Part shown: positions 52,140 to 64,000 of the stretch, piece after piece
Layout of the letters: every line of letters starts with the position of its first letter
How positions within the stretch are numbered: position 1 is the stretch's first letter
From: Antedon mediterranea
Lineage: Eukaryota; Animalia; Echinodermata
NCBI RefSeq assembly: GCF_964355755.1
Contig: NC_092672.1
Coordinates: forward strand, 17,249,237 to 17,313,236
Direction of reading: 5' to 3'
Length of the DNA: 64,000 nucleotides
Translations under genes and position numbers: made by a program
Notes under the pieces: generated by a model
Seen by the model: only the letters and a program-made list of their open reading frames with translations
Told to the model about the DNA's origin: nothing
Database searches by the model: none

Positions 52140-53618
52140 TAGCTATTCTTAGCACTTTGGTGTTTTTATGTTAACAAGTTTTTTCGAAAATCACAAAATG
52201 GTCTAAAACGTCTCCAAATGCGATTTGAAGCTATTCTGTACACTTTGATGTTTTGTTTGAAAAATTTTGGTCGAAATGCTCAAAATGGTCTAAAACGTTT
52301 TTAAATACGATTAGAAGCTACTCTTAACACTTTTGTGTTTTTGTGTGAAAAGTTTTATCGAAATGCTCAAAACGGTCTTAAACGGTTTCTAATGTGATTT
52401 TAAGCACTTTGATGTTTTTGTGTTTCATCGAAATGACCAAAATGGTCCAAAACGTCTCCAAATGCGATTTGAAGCTATTCTTAGCACTTTGATGTTTTTC
52501 TGTTAACAAGTTTTTTTCGAAAATCACAACATTGTCTAAAACGTCTCCAAATGCGATTTGAAGTTATACTGTACACTTTGATGTTTTGTGTGAAAAAGTT
52601 TTGTCGAAATGCTCAAAATGGTCTTAAACGTTTTCAAATACCATATTAAGCTATTTTGTGCACTTTGATGTTTTTGTGTAACCAAGTTTCATCGAAATGA
52701 ACAAAATGTTCCAAAACGTCTCCAAATGCGATTTGAAGCTATTCTAAGCACTTTAATATTTTGTGTGAAAAAGTTTTGTCGAAATGCTCAAAATGGTCTT
52801 AATCGTTTTTAAATACGATATTAAGCTATTTTGTGTTCTTTGATGTTTTTGTGTGAAAAGTTTTATCGAAATGCTCAAAATGGTCTAAAACGGTTTCTAA
52901 TGTGATTTTAAGCACTTTGATGTTTTTGTGTAACCAAGTTTCATCGAAATGACCAAAATGGTCCAAAACGTCTCCAAATGCGATTTGGAGCTATACTTAC
53001 CACTTTGGTGTTTTTGTGTAACCAAGTTTCATCGAAATGCACAAAATGGTCTAAAACGTCTCCAAATGCGATTTGAAGCTATTCTGTACACTTTAATGTT
53101 TTGTGTGAAAAAGTGTTGTCGAAATGCTCAAAATGGTCTAAAACGTTTTTAAATACCATATTAAGCTATTTTGTGCATTTTGATGTTTTTTGTGTAAAAT
53201 TTTATCGAAATGCTCAAAATGGTCTAAAACGGTTTCTATTGTGATTTTAAGCACTTTCATGTTTTTGTGTAACAAAGTTTCATCAAAAATCACAAAATGG
53301 TCTAAAACGTCTCCAAATGCGATTGGAAGCTATTCTTAGCACTTTGGTGTTTTTATGTTAACAAGTTTTTTCGAAAATCACAAAATTGTCTAAAACGTCT
53401 CCAAATGCGATTTGAAGCTGTTGTGTACACTTTGATGTTTTGTGTGAAAAAGTTTTGTCGAAATGCCCAAAATGGTCTAAAACGTTTTTAAATACGATAT
53501 TAAGCTTTTTTGTGCACTTTGATGTTTTTGTGTGAACAAGTTTTATCGGAATGCTCAAAATGGTCTAAAACGTCTCCAAATGCGATTTGAAGCTATTTTG
53601 TACAATTTGATATTATGT
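52140..53618. repeat. ~87-bp satellite with alternating variants
   Basis: gaaatgctcaaaatggtctaaaacgtctccaaatgcgatttgaagc... repeated (e.g. 52946, 53034, 53121). Confidence 0.93.
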
Positions 53619-54083
53619 GTGGTAGTAATATCTACAATATGTCATAGGATGGACAACGATGATCACCAAACACGAGTCGAAAACTTGAACTATCAACTAA
53701 AATCTTTAGCAACCGAGAATAACTGTGGTCTTTTAGACAACGAAGAGAACTTTGAAATTGATTACCTAAATAGAAGTGAACTACATCTTAGCAAACAAGG
53801 GACTACTAGATTACTGAAGAACATTGACAATTCACATGAAATAATCAGACAGAAACCAAACTATAATAAAAATGGACACAACTAAAACAGAAAATACTAC
53901 AATAAACATCAAACCGAGTATCGAGAATACGGCTGTTCCTATTGTGGCGAAAACAACCACACAACCAAGAACTGCAGACACGGAAATCCAATAAGATGTT
54001 TCACCTGCAATGAATGGGGACACAAAGCTCATCACAACATCTGTTATAACACACAGTACTACGAGTACGAGCAACAATATTAG
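53619..54083 (+). pseudogene. 3' part of LINE ORF1 (CR1/L2-group-like): SGNH/GDSL esterase C-terminus plus two CCHC zinc knuckles; premature TAA at 53883
   Basis: VVISTICHRMD...LLDNEENF..YLNRSELHLSKQGTTRL resembles an SGNH block V. The same frame after the stop gives CSYCGENNHTTKNC and CFTCNEWGHKAHHNIC, ending TAG at 54081-54083. Confidence 0.75.
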
Positions 54084-54696
54084 AGGTCCGACCAGGAAGA
54101 GAATGCCGAAAATAATTGGTATGGTCAAACTAACGTAGACAAAAAAGTAAATGATAGTGTAATTAATATTAACAACAGATTCAATATCCTTCCTGATGAA
54201 AATAATATCACTCTTGATTGTAAAGTAGATATACCAACCAACCACAATATGATTATAGTCAATGAAACTGACACAACTCCGAATGACATCTGTAATAATC
54301 TATTAGGATACAAAACTCAAAACATTCAAAAAATAAGGAGAAGTAAGAAAAAATTAGTCAGGTCAAGTCTCTTCGTCTGACTGGAGTCAAACTGAGGGGA
54401 CTTGCTACTGGTAACCTGTAACCAGTACAACCTGTTCAGGGTCGGGCCGTGGGCGACTAAACCAGCACCCCCACCAGTACCCACTTGGGTGCTGGTGAGG
54501 TGGGTGGCTGGACACCCAGGTAGAACTAAAAACAAAATCCATCTTTAAGGGCGCCGGCTCAGGAGAGCCAACGGCGGCCATCCAGCAGATCTGTTACCAA
54601 ACATCTAGCAGAGGTGGAAGGCAATGGCAAACCACCACCTAATTTCTTTGCCGCGTATACCTGATGATGATGATTTCAACTAATGATAAAAGAGTT

Positions 54697-57600
54697 ATGA
54701 CACCGGAAAGTGGGACCCCCAGGCCGGAAGCGATTTTTTTTCCGTACGAGAGTTCTTCCATCGGTTCGTTTCGGACTCAATCGACTCTCTTCGGTATTCG
54801 GTAAAGTCAGCTCACTGATGCGTGACAACATAACAAACCGCGAGCTAATACTTTCACACAGGCTCTCATAATAGTAAAATGAATCTACACTAATACGAGT
54901 TTTGATGACATTAATTAATAAATACTAGGCCTACTTAGTAATTACATTAAGAACCCAATAGCATATTGAAGATATTTAGGTCTACGACCCAATAGTAGGT
55001 CGTATCAGATATTATTTTTTGAAGTTGAACCATGTAGGTATAAAATACCTCCATGGTTGAACGACCTTTTGTCACGAACGAGAGGCTCTTTTCTTATCGT
55101 TTATGGTATTGTAGCTAGCCCATGGCTAGCCTAGCCAAGCTTGTGTAAGCCTATGCAAGGTATTACTTTGGAATTTAAAATGACTATGTACAGTAGGAAT
55201 TCCTATGCACAGTGTATGTGTTTTATACCTTTTAAAATAATATTATTAAATTAATATTTATATTGTAAGGTAATGGAAATTTTACGTTAAAGGTGTACGT
55301 ATTAATTATCCCCAATCTTGAAAAATAAAGATTTCCGACTTTTAATGTAGGCAATTTTGGAGTTTTAATTAAGTTATAGGCCTACAACTAATATTATTGT
55401 TTATTATGTGTATATGTAATTTGGAAAATCATAAAAAAAACATGCAAAGTAAAAAACATTCAATTACGGTACTGACACGACTGCAATAGTACAAATACAT
55501 TTAATAAAACACATTTTCCAGGAAGCTTATAATTATATGTGATACTATCATCTTGTCATGAAGATCGGTTTTCTGTATTCCATATTCTTGATTTTATTTT
55601 TTTTATTATGGTTTCTGAAATAAATTTTTTTTTTAAATTGTTCATTTTAATTCGAAGTTTCCACCGGCCAAGATATCAATAATTATTAAATTAACACAAT
55701 ATTAAACGCTTTATTAAGCAAGCATGTGTTTCTATACATTACAACTTACAAGAATACATGTTACTAATACTAGGCCTATAATGTATACAATTTTTCAAAT
55801 GTTACACTTAAAAACCTGAAGAAAATTGTAATTTTCTTGATAAAAACATCTGTTAGTGTTACTTCTGTACATATAATTTCTAACCTACTACTGTACTTCA
55901 TTTTATTAAAATAAAAAATAGTACTGTAGATGGAAATGTACTACATTGAATTTGAAGCACACGTACGTAGGGCTAGGCTAGCTAGGCCTTGCTTGTGACG
56001 ACCAACAAAGTGCTGCTGCTGTATGTGTGTTACTGTTTGTGAATCTGATGGTACATACATTGGTTTGTGGCTGCCTATACAGTATTATATTATTAAAATT
56101 CTAGGCCTATTATTATTATTACAATGACGTTCAGTACTACTATTAATATTTATTATTATATTTACAGTGAGTATAGTATTAGCCTCTAGTATGTATAAAT
56201 CTGTCACTCGTGCAAAAAAGCTGCTCACGTTTTGTCTTGTGGTTGCTGTCACGCATCAGTGAGCATCGGTGGTTACCGAAGAGTCGATTGAGTCCGAAAC
56301 GAACCGATGGAGGAACTCTCGTACGGAAAAAAAATCGCAGGCCGGAAGGTGTCTCAAGTGCCACTGGGGAAGAGAGGCCAGATGACATCATACCTTGCAT
56401 CGATGACGCTGCTGCATTAAAGCCAATTGGACATTCAGGAGCTGATAACTCCAAGGGAAATGATAATAGATGTAACCTCTGGAAAACTACCTTGAAAATT
56501 GCTACCTGGAACGTCAGGACAATGAACAGTGGGAAATTGGACATTTTGACAAGATAATTGGAGAGACGTGATCTTAGCTTGTGTGGTGTATCAGAGGTGA
56601 GATGGACAGGGAAAGGGCACTTTGTAACATCAAGCAAACAAGTTGTTTACTACTCTGGTACTGAGAAAAAAAGAGAACAGGGAGTTGCCTTTGTCGCCTG
56701 CCCGGAGGTAGCCAGATTCGTGCTTGGCTATAACCAAGTCAGTTCAAGAATCATCACCATCCGCATTCAAGGAACCCCTATGAATCTCAAAATTATTTAA
56801 GCCTATGCACCCACTTCTTCATCCACCGAAGATGAAATTAACACCTTCTATGAGCTACTGCAACAGACAATAGAAAATACCAATAAGAGAGACATCCTGG
56901 TAATTATTGGTGACCTTAATGCCAAGGTAGGAGGACAGTGCACCAACAAAAATGTGATGGGCAACTACGGACTAGGAGAGCAAATTGAGAGAGGATAACT
57001 GCTGATTGACTTCTGCCAAGAAAATGGACTAATGATCCTTAACACCCTCTTCAAGCAGAACCCAAGGCGGTTGTATACTTGGTTATCACCGGACGGAAGC
57101 TATAGGAATCAGATTGACTACATTCTGGTCCAGAAGCAATGGAGATCTAATTTTACTTCTGCCAAAACCTATCCAGGAGCAGACTGCGGATCAGACCACC
57201 AGCTTCTCGTCTCTACCATGAAGATGAAATTGAGAAGGATCAAGAAGCCAAGAAAACCAGTGAGATTTGATACCACCAAGTTAGATGATACTTATAGAGT
57301 GGAAGTGAAGAACAAATTTCCGAAGTTAATGGAACTTGACCCGGAAGAATCCACCCCAGATGAGCTGTGGCAAGACATCAAGCAGGCAACCTTAGAAACA
57401 GCACAGAAAACGATCCCCAAACGCAAGAGCAAAAGAAGACCCTGGCTGACAGAAAAGGTATTTGCCCTGGCTGATCAGAGGAGAGAGGTCAAAGAAAAAG
57501 GACTGAAAAGTGCAGAGAGGAGAAGAGAATACCGGGATTTATCAAGAGAAATCCAGAAACAAATCAGAAATGACAAAACAGAGTTCATCAGACAGAGATG

Positions 57601-59346
57601 TGCCGAGGTGGAGAAGGACAGCGCTACAAGCAACACCAAAGACATGTATAAAAACATCAAGCTACTGACTTCAAAACCTAGCTAGCACCAGGCTCAATGT
57701 TCTGAAGGACAAAGATGATAACATCTTGACGGAAGAAGATGAAATCAAAACAAGGTTGAAGGAATACTGTGAACAGTTGTATGCATCCAAAGATGATGAT
57801 ACACAGGAGGAGAGAGAACAGCAAGATTTTGAAAATGACCCAGATATTCTTCTCTGTGAAGTTGATAATGCAATGAAGAAGTTAAGAAATGGTAAAGCAC
57901 CAGGAGTAGATAACATCCAGGCAGAATTGCTGAATGAAAGTAGAGAGGAAGGTGTTGTTATCATCCATAGATTGTGCAACAAGATCTGGAAAAGTAAAAA
58001 ATGGCCCGAAGACTGGAAAAAGGCAGTGTTTTTCCCATTACCAAAAAAAGGGGATGTAAGGCAATGTGCTAACAACCGTACCATTTCACTTATCTCTCAT
58101 GCTAGTAAAGTCCTGCTCCACATTATGGCAGATAGAATCAGGAATAAGTTAGAAAGTGAATTACCACCAGAGCAAGCTGGATTTAGAAGAGGAAGAGGAA
58201 CGAGAAATCAGATTGGAAACTTGAGGAATTTGATGGAGAATACCATGGAATTTCAGCAGCCACTTTTCTTCTGCTTCATAGATTACACAAAGGCTTTTGA
58301 CTGTGTTCAACACCAGAAATTGTGGAGAGTAATGCGCAAAAATGGGCTTCTCAACACATCTGATTGTCTTGATAAATTCCTTATATGATGGGCAGGAAGC
58401 CACGGTCAGAACAGAGTGTGGAGATAGCGACTGGTTTACGATAGGTCAAGGAGTACGCCAAGGATGTATCCTGTCACCGTATCTCTTAAATGTCTACGCA
58501 GAATACATCATGCGGATTGCCATGGATGGATACGAGGGGCAGATATCTATCGGTGACCGGCAATTAAATAATCTGAGATATGCAGATGACACAACCTTAC
58601 TTGCAAGAACTGCGGCAGAACTCCAAGATCTGATTGAAAGAGTAAAGCAATCCAGTGAGGAATATGGTCTTTACCTCAATGTCAAGAAGACGAAAGTAAT
58701 GATAAGTGGAAGAAAGAATGAACATCGCATTCAAGCAGATGGAGAGGACATAGAAGTAGTCAACACCTTCAACTTTCTTGGCTCCCTGATTGTTGACACT
58801 GGAGGAAGCTCAGAGGAAATAAAACGTCATCTCGCTGTGGCTAGAACATCCACAATAGGTCTTACCAACATTTGGAAGGATAGAGGGATCTCAAGAAACA
58901 CAAAGATTCATATCATGAATGCATTGGTATTTCCGATTGCCACTTATGGATCTGAGACATGGGCTCTTGGAGCTGCAGATAGAAAGAAGATCAAAGCTTT
59001 TGAAATGTGGTGTTGGAGGAGATTGCTGAGGATATCGTGGAAGGAGCATAAGTCAAATGAATTTGTTAACAACCAGATTGGAAGCAGAGTCAACCTATGC
59101 CAGAAGGTTGATAAGATCAAACTTCAGTACTTTGGTCACATTGTCAGGAGAGAAGGTGACAACCTGGAAAAGATAATTGCACAAGGTCATGTAGAAGGCA
59201 AGCGAAAACGTGGTAGACAGAAGATAAGATGGACTGATGGTATTAGAGAGATCACAGGATTGGATGTGTGCACATCTTCTCGCTATGCTCAGGATAGAGA
59301 TGGGTGCAATGTCATCATAAGCAGGAGCACAAAGGGTCAGTCATGA
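54697..59346 (+). pseudogene. RTE APE-endonuclease/reverse-transcriptase ORF, disrupted by a MITE, three stops and two frameshifts
   Basis: MTPESGTPRPE|GVSSATGEER joined across the MITE; IATWNVRT, GDLNAKVG, NQIDYIL, SDHQL, QAGFRRGR, FIDYTKAFD, GVRQGCILSP, YADD (58579-58590). Stops at 56555, 56798, 57683; frameshifts near ~56985 and ~58340. Confidence 0.93.
54730..56338. mobile_element. MULE-like non-autonomous DNA transposon (1609 bp), ~95-bp TIRs, 9-bp TSD AGGCCGGAA
   Basis: gcgatttttttttccgtacgagagtt... mirrored by ...aactctcgtacggaaaaaaaatcgc; aggccggaa at 54721-54729 and 56339-56347 (could also be read as an 11-bp TSD); AT-rich noncoding interior. Confidence 0.9.
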
Positions 59347-59373
59347 CTCACAGGACCACGACGACGAAGAAGA

Positions 59374-59610
59374 TATCCAGGGTCAATAAATCAAATTTTA
59401 AAATAATATACATTAATATTAGAGGTTATAAAAGTAAAAAATATGAGATAGCTAGGCTTTTGCACACCAATAAGGATATTGAAATATTTGGAATAACAGA
59501 AACTTTTTTAAAAGACAATGAAGATATAACAATTTCTAACTTTATTTGGATTGGTAAAAATCGTTTAAATGCATTAAAGAAAAGCCAGGGTGGAATTTGC
59601 TTCCTCCTTA
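59374..59610 (+). pseudogene. N-terminus of the APE endonuclease (ORF2) of the host LINE fragment, 3' truncated
   Basis: FKIIYINIRG...IEIFGITETFL...WIGKNR...GGICFLLK; continues the open frame 54084-54366 once the RTE is removed. Confidence 0.8.
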
Positions 59611-59757
59611 AACTATTTTGTACATTTTGATGTTTTGTGTAACCAAGTTTCATCGAAATACACAAAATGGTCTAAAACGTCTCCACATGAGATTTGAAGC
59701 TATTTCGTACATTTTGATGTTTTGTGTGAAAAAGTTTTATCGAAATGCTCAAAATGA
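59611..59757. repeat. Resumption of the ~87-bp satellite
   Basis: ctattttgtacattttgatgttttgtgtaaccaagtttcatcgaaa... matches the 52.1-53.6 kb monomer. Confidence 0.9.
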
Positions 59758-61519
59758 TTTAAGAGCCATTGTCTGTAAAAATCAAAGATTTGGTGGCAGA
59801 TGTAAAAAAATGGATTTCTCTCAAATGTTTACCATGAATAGACATTTCAATAAAAAATATATCTACAACATTCATTTTAATTTTTAGCCTCCGTTGCCAT
59901 GACAACGGTCAATTATCCAAATTTTGATGTTTTTGCCATTTTTCACAGATTTTCTATAGTGAAAAAGTACAAACTTGTATACTTATTTTAACCAAAACTA
60001 CTTACAGTATACAGTTTTTGTTTATAGCAGTTTAAACAACATGTATTGAGTTCCATATAATGTAGAAAAAAAATATTACAAAATGGAGTTTGGTTGATAC
60101 CATTATTTTAAAAAGGGGTGTTTTTAAAAAATATTTTTTTTATAAAAGTATACCTCATAAACGTACCTATAACTTCCAAAGTAGTGTTTTTAAATCAATG
60201 AGATTTTTTAAGTTGATAGTCAATAGGTTTTTCAACAATAATCACGAAAAAAACACTGGGGTAAATTTCGTACATAGGTTTTGTGTTGCCAGGAAAATAC
60301 AAAAAATACAAACAAAATACAAACAAAATATCAACAAACAAAACACATGAAACACAATTTAAATATGGCTAATCCAATAATAAAATTTATATGTGGCTTG
60401 TCATAATTCTACTAGAGTCATACGAATAGTTTAGATAAAATAGGAGAATGTTTTGCCAGGTTTATTTCAATTAATTGCCAGAAAAACAGTATTTTGCATT
60501 GAAATATTTAGTTGATGGAAAATAATGTTAAACTTTGAAATAATTGCGTCAATGGATTTTATAAATTTTTAAATCTATTTTGTGTAAAGAGATACAGAAA
60601 GACCTCCCAAAAAGTCTGACCTTTTAAATAGGTCATTTGAGGTCAAAAGGGGTCAGAATGCAAAACAGGACAGGTCCCCACATTACTAAAACTATTAATG
60701 TTTGATCAAAATTTACAAGATAGTTCATAAAAATTCTCAACAATTTTCATTTTTTACCTATAGTGTTAGCAACCATTTCTATATGTGTAACTAAGGAAAG
60801 TAATTTTTTAAAAAAACGTAAAAAATGGCGTTTTTATAAATACAAAGAATTGCTTGCATTTGTAATTTTTCTCAATTTGACTTCTATTGCATTCTATTAA
60901 TCTTAAAGTGATGACAAACTTGACCCTGTAAATTCATTCATTTTGAGGTCAAATAAGGTCAACATTTTACCATAGTAACTGTTTCTATGCGAAAATATTT
61001 AAAAAACAAGGGGTTTTTCATAAATACAACACATTTTTTCTACATAGTTTTACATTTCTACTTTTTGCCAAATTTACTTTAAATACTGAATCCTAATAAT
61101 CTCAGAAAGAAAGTCTTGACAAATCTGAATAAAGGTAAAAAATTGACCTTTAGTGTTATCTTAAACCTGTTTACGTAACTAAGGATATTTTTTTTTAAAT
61201 AAAATATGGAGTTTTCATGAAAAAAAAAATTCTTACATATTGAGGTCAAATGACATCAACATTTTACCTATAGTGTATTGTAGCAACTGTTTCTATACGT
61301 AACTAAGTACAATATTTCTAATATGGGGTTTCATGACTACAAACAATTGATTACATAGCTTTACTATTTTTTCCCAAATTTACTTATCTACTGAATCCCA
61401 GAAAATGTCTGACCTTGTGAAAGGGTCATTTGTTGGGTCAAGTTTTGTCAAAATGTATTATTTATGTTATCTTAGAACCTGTTTCTATGCGTAACTAAGG
61501 ATAATTGTTTTTTTAAATA

Positions 61520-62867
61520 CAGTTGAGTGGCCACCCTCGGGACCTGGAAAAGTGGCCGCTTACGGGCGATGACCCCTTACGGGAGGTTCTGCCGATAAAG
61601 GGCCAAAATCACGTATTATGGCTATATACGATATCCTTAACAAAACGAGCCTCTCCATTTTCCAGCTAATTGTAGGCCTATTATTATTTATAATCAGGTG
61701 GTTTAGTATTTTTTAGCATTTTCAGACAAATTTTAAAAGCTTTTATCATATGAACAAGGCCAACAGCCATTAAGTCGCGTGCTACAATGCATAGTGATAC
61801 CGGGCCGACAGACAGACCGACAGACCGACAGACAGACCGACAGACCGACAGACCGACAGACAGACAGACCGACCGACCGACATAGTGAACTATACTGACC
61901 GAAATTACTGAACATGTTTAAAAATGTTGAAATGTTTAAAAACATTTATATTTTTTTAATTTACACGTGCGTAGCCTGTCACTTTTGACGTGCTCGTATA
62001 ACGTAATTTCGAGTTGAAAAGTAAGTCAAGAAAACTGAAATCGGGCAAAAAGAGTGCGCAATAACATTTAACGCGCAGTGCGCGCAAAAATATGCGCACT
62101 CATGGCAATTTTGTAAACGCTTAAAATTGCCTGAAACGTACTCTTATTTCATCGAAAATAAATTTTGAAAATTGTAAGCGCGCGTACGCATGCGTTACAT
62201 GCGCTACGCACGTAATTGTATTGCCATATGATGATTTATGCCCTGAGATTTATGAGTACCAAATTTTATTTAATTGTGATTCATGGTTGTGAAGATATGA
62301 TTACAAACGTGATTTCGTTAAATCGTGCGTAGACCGCGTAATTTTTTATTGCGCACCGTGAAAACATAACCACATTGATTCCTGGCCATAAGGAATATAC
62401 TGTGAAAAATTGACCTAGCTAGATTAAACTGATATCAAGATAAGGTCAGAAAGCGATAAAACGCATAGTGATACCGGACCGACAGACCGACAGACAGACA
62501 GACCGACAGACAGACAGACAGATCGACCAACCGACCGACATAGTGAACTATAGAGTCGCTTCCACGCGACTAAAAATGGTCGAAATCTGTGTAGTTTCTC
62601 ATCTCTTCACAGTAATGTTTTTAAAACCTCTTCAAATAAAGCTAATATATAAAGAAATACAATAAACATGGACCTATAATTCATAGGTTCATGCAATAAG
62701 TATCACATTTTTCGATTGGCCGCTTCCTTACAAAAAATCTCATTTTTAGTAAGGTGCTCACAGCTGCTTACGGTAAGCACCAAATGCACTAGTTAGATAG
62801 GAAGAACAAACAGGCTTTTCAAAGTGCGTCCGTGGGAGGTAACCGCTTACACAGGAGGTGCCCGCTG
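61520..62867. mobile_element. Degenerate Tc1/mariner (pogo-like) MITE
   Basis: TA|CAG...CTG|TA ends with sub-terminal ccgcttac..ggagg motifs at both ends. The flanks rejoin to the empty repeat motif seen at ~61177-61220. Confidence 0.55.
61753..62573 (-). mobile_element. Longer DINE-1/HINE-like element of the same family as 48116, with duplicated core
   Basis: Reverse complement shares both ends (agtcgcgtggaagcgactct; gcacgcgacttaat...ggccttgtt). The core with (GACA/GACC)n occurs twice (~61788-61893, ~62464-62552). Confidence 0.78.
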
Positions 62868-64000
62868 TAAATAAAATATGGGGTTTTCATGAATACAAAT
62901 AATCACAGAAGAAAGTGCTTACGAATATGACCTTGTGAAACTAAACGGTAATTTGAAAATGCAAATAAGGCATGCCTGCTAATAATCTACAAATTTAAAT
63001 TTGTATACGATAAATATGCAAAATCTAAAGAATATCTCAATTTTAGTTACCATAGTAAATGTTGCTATGCATAACTAAGGGAAATTAAATAATTATCAGA
63101 TAATTATTAATTAATAATTAATACTGAATCCAACCATCACAGTAAAAAAAATATAGAATTTAAAACCAATATTTAATAATAAAGTGTGATATTTACATGC
63201 TGACCTTAAATGAAATGAAATTTCACATCAGGGCTTCAATATTTGTTATGTAGCATTAACATACCTGAGTATATCATTGACTTTTGATTGGTTCTATTTT
63301 GGGGAGGGGAAAGTGGTAGATCCAGGACTTTGAAATAGTTAGGGGTTGGAGGCGAGGGTCTAAAAACATAACTTAATGTCCTATCTTTTGCATTGCAATT
63401 TTTAACTTGGGGTGGGTGGGGCTTGGAGAAAGGGAGGGGGTGGGATGGAGGAGTTTGAATTCGTCTATTTGTTTGGGGCGATGGTAGCGGCAGTGTGGGT
63501 GGTACTTGAATGCATGCATTTGACACTCTATAGTGGATGATCGACCAAAGTGTTACAGTTTCTCTTTTTGTGATTATTGTCGGGGTAGGGTGGGGGGGTG
63601 TGGTAATCGAAAGTGGTGGTGGATGGGTATGTGGCATTTGCTTAGGTTAGCAAATAAAAGAAGTAAACAAATGAAAGAGGAGCTTCAAAAAAAGAGAGGA
63701 GTAATCTGTTGCAAAGATTAAAATTCACAACGATCTGATAATTTATTCAAATTTCCAGAGGATATAACCTATAAAATGACATTAAAACTTGGAATTACAG
63801 AATCTTTAATTAAAAACATTATTTTTTTTTCTCACAACACAACTAGAACTATATAAAACATTGAGAATTTTCCTGACCAATGAGTTTCAAATCAAATAAT
63901 CAAAGAAAATAAAATGTTTTTACTAATATACCATGTTTTTTTTTATAAAAATGCCTATGTTTCTCGCAACACTGCTTGTAGATTTTTTAATTACCCCAGT

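Larger units (their letters stand above)
54367..59373 (+). mobile_element. RTE-clade non-LTR retrotransposon, apparently full length, inactivated
   Basis: Structured 5' UTR with BovB-like gaaggcaatggcaaaccac, APE+RT ORF, (GAC/GAA)n tail after the stop, and imperfect TSD caggtcaa / cagggtcaa. Confidence 0.92.
60610..63085. repeat. Old degenerate tandem repeat (taactaagg / gaggtcaaa / tgacct / ggggttttcat motifs), interrupted by a MITE
   Basis: Motifs recur at ~60788, 61177, 61300, 61492 and 63072 with irregular spacing. Confidence 0.55.

Noticed and set aside
53832-54245. 137-aa hydrophobic minus-strand ORF as a membrane protein
   Set aside because: Antisense shadow of the A-rich LINE coding strand.
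56179-58403. Minus-strand ORFs over the RTE
   Set aside because: Antisense to a clear APE/RT frame; one crosses the MITE junction.
59891-59908. Palindrome ccgttgccatgacaacgg (RFX X-box-like)
   Set aside because: Single motif with no associated gene; probably part of a repeat.
63236-63637. 133-aa proline-rich ORF
   Set aside because: By-product of G-run low-complexity sequence; no splice or domain support.

Overview
AT-rich eukaryotic (probably invertebrate animal) heterochromatin-like window with no supportable host protein-coding gene. Bases 1-~43,910, plus a short outlier at ~45,385-46,560, are a tandem satellite of ~260-bp monomers (roughly 150 copies) organised in variable higher-order repeats. 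On the minus strand most monomers read as a degenerate tRNA-like RNA polymerase III unit: TATA box, A box/D-arm, B box, then an oligo-T run. The array is interrupted by one non-autonomous Helitron (3062-5609) and by four copies of a 514-bp block that also occurs in the array's right flank. At the array end, a plus-strand tRNA-Ile-like cloverleaf (anticodon GAC) with a structured 3' extension sits head-to-head with the last monomer, and this boundary cassette is duplicated. The remainder is a ~187-bp satellite that switches orientation, a ~87-bp satellite, DINE-1/HINE-like elements, two MULE-like MITEs, a pogo/Tc1-like MITE, and a four-level nest: satellite > esterase/zinc-knuckle LINE fragment > near full-length RTE LINE pseudogene > MITE. 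All calls are by eye, and copy numbers and unit lengths are approximate.
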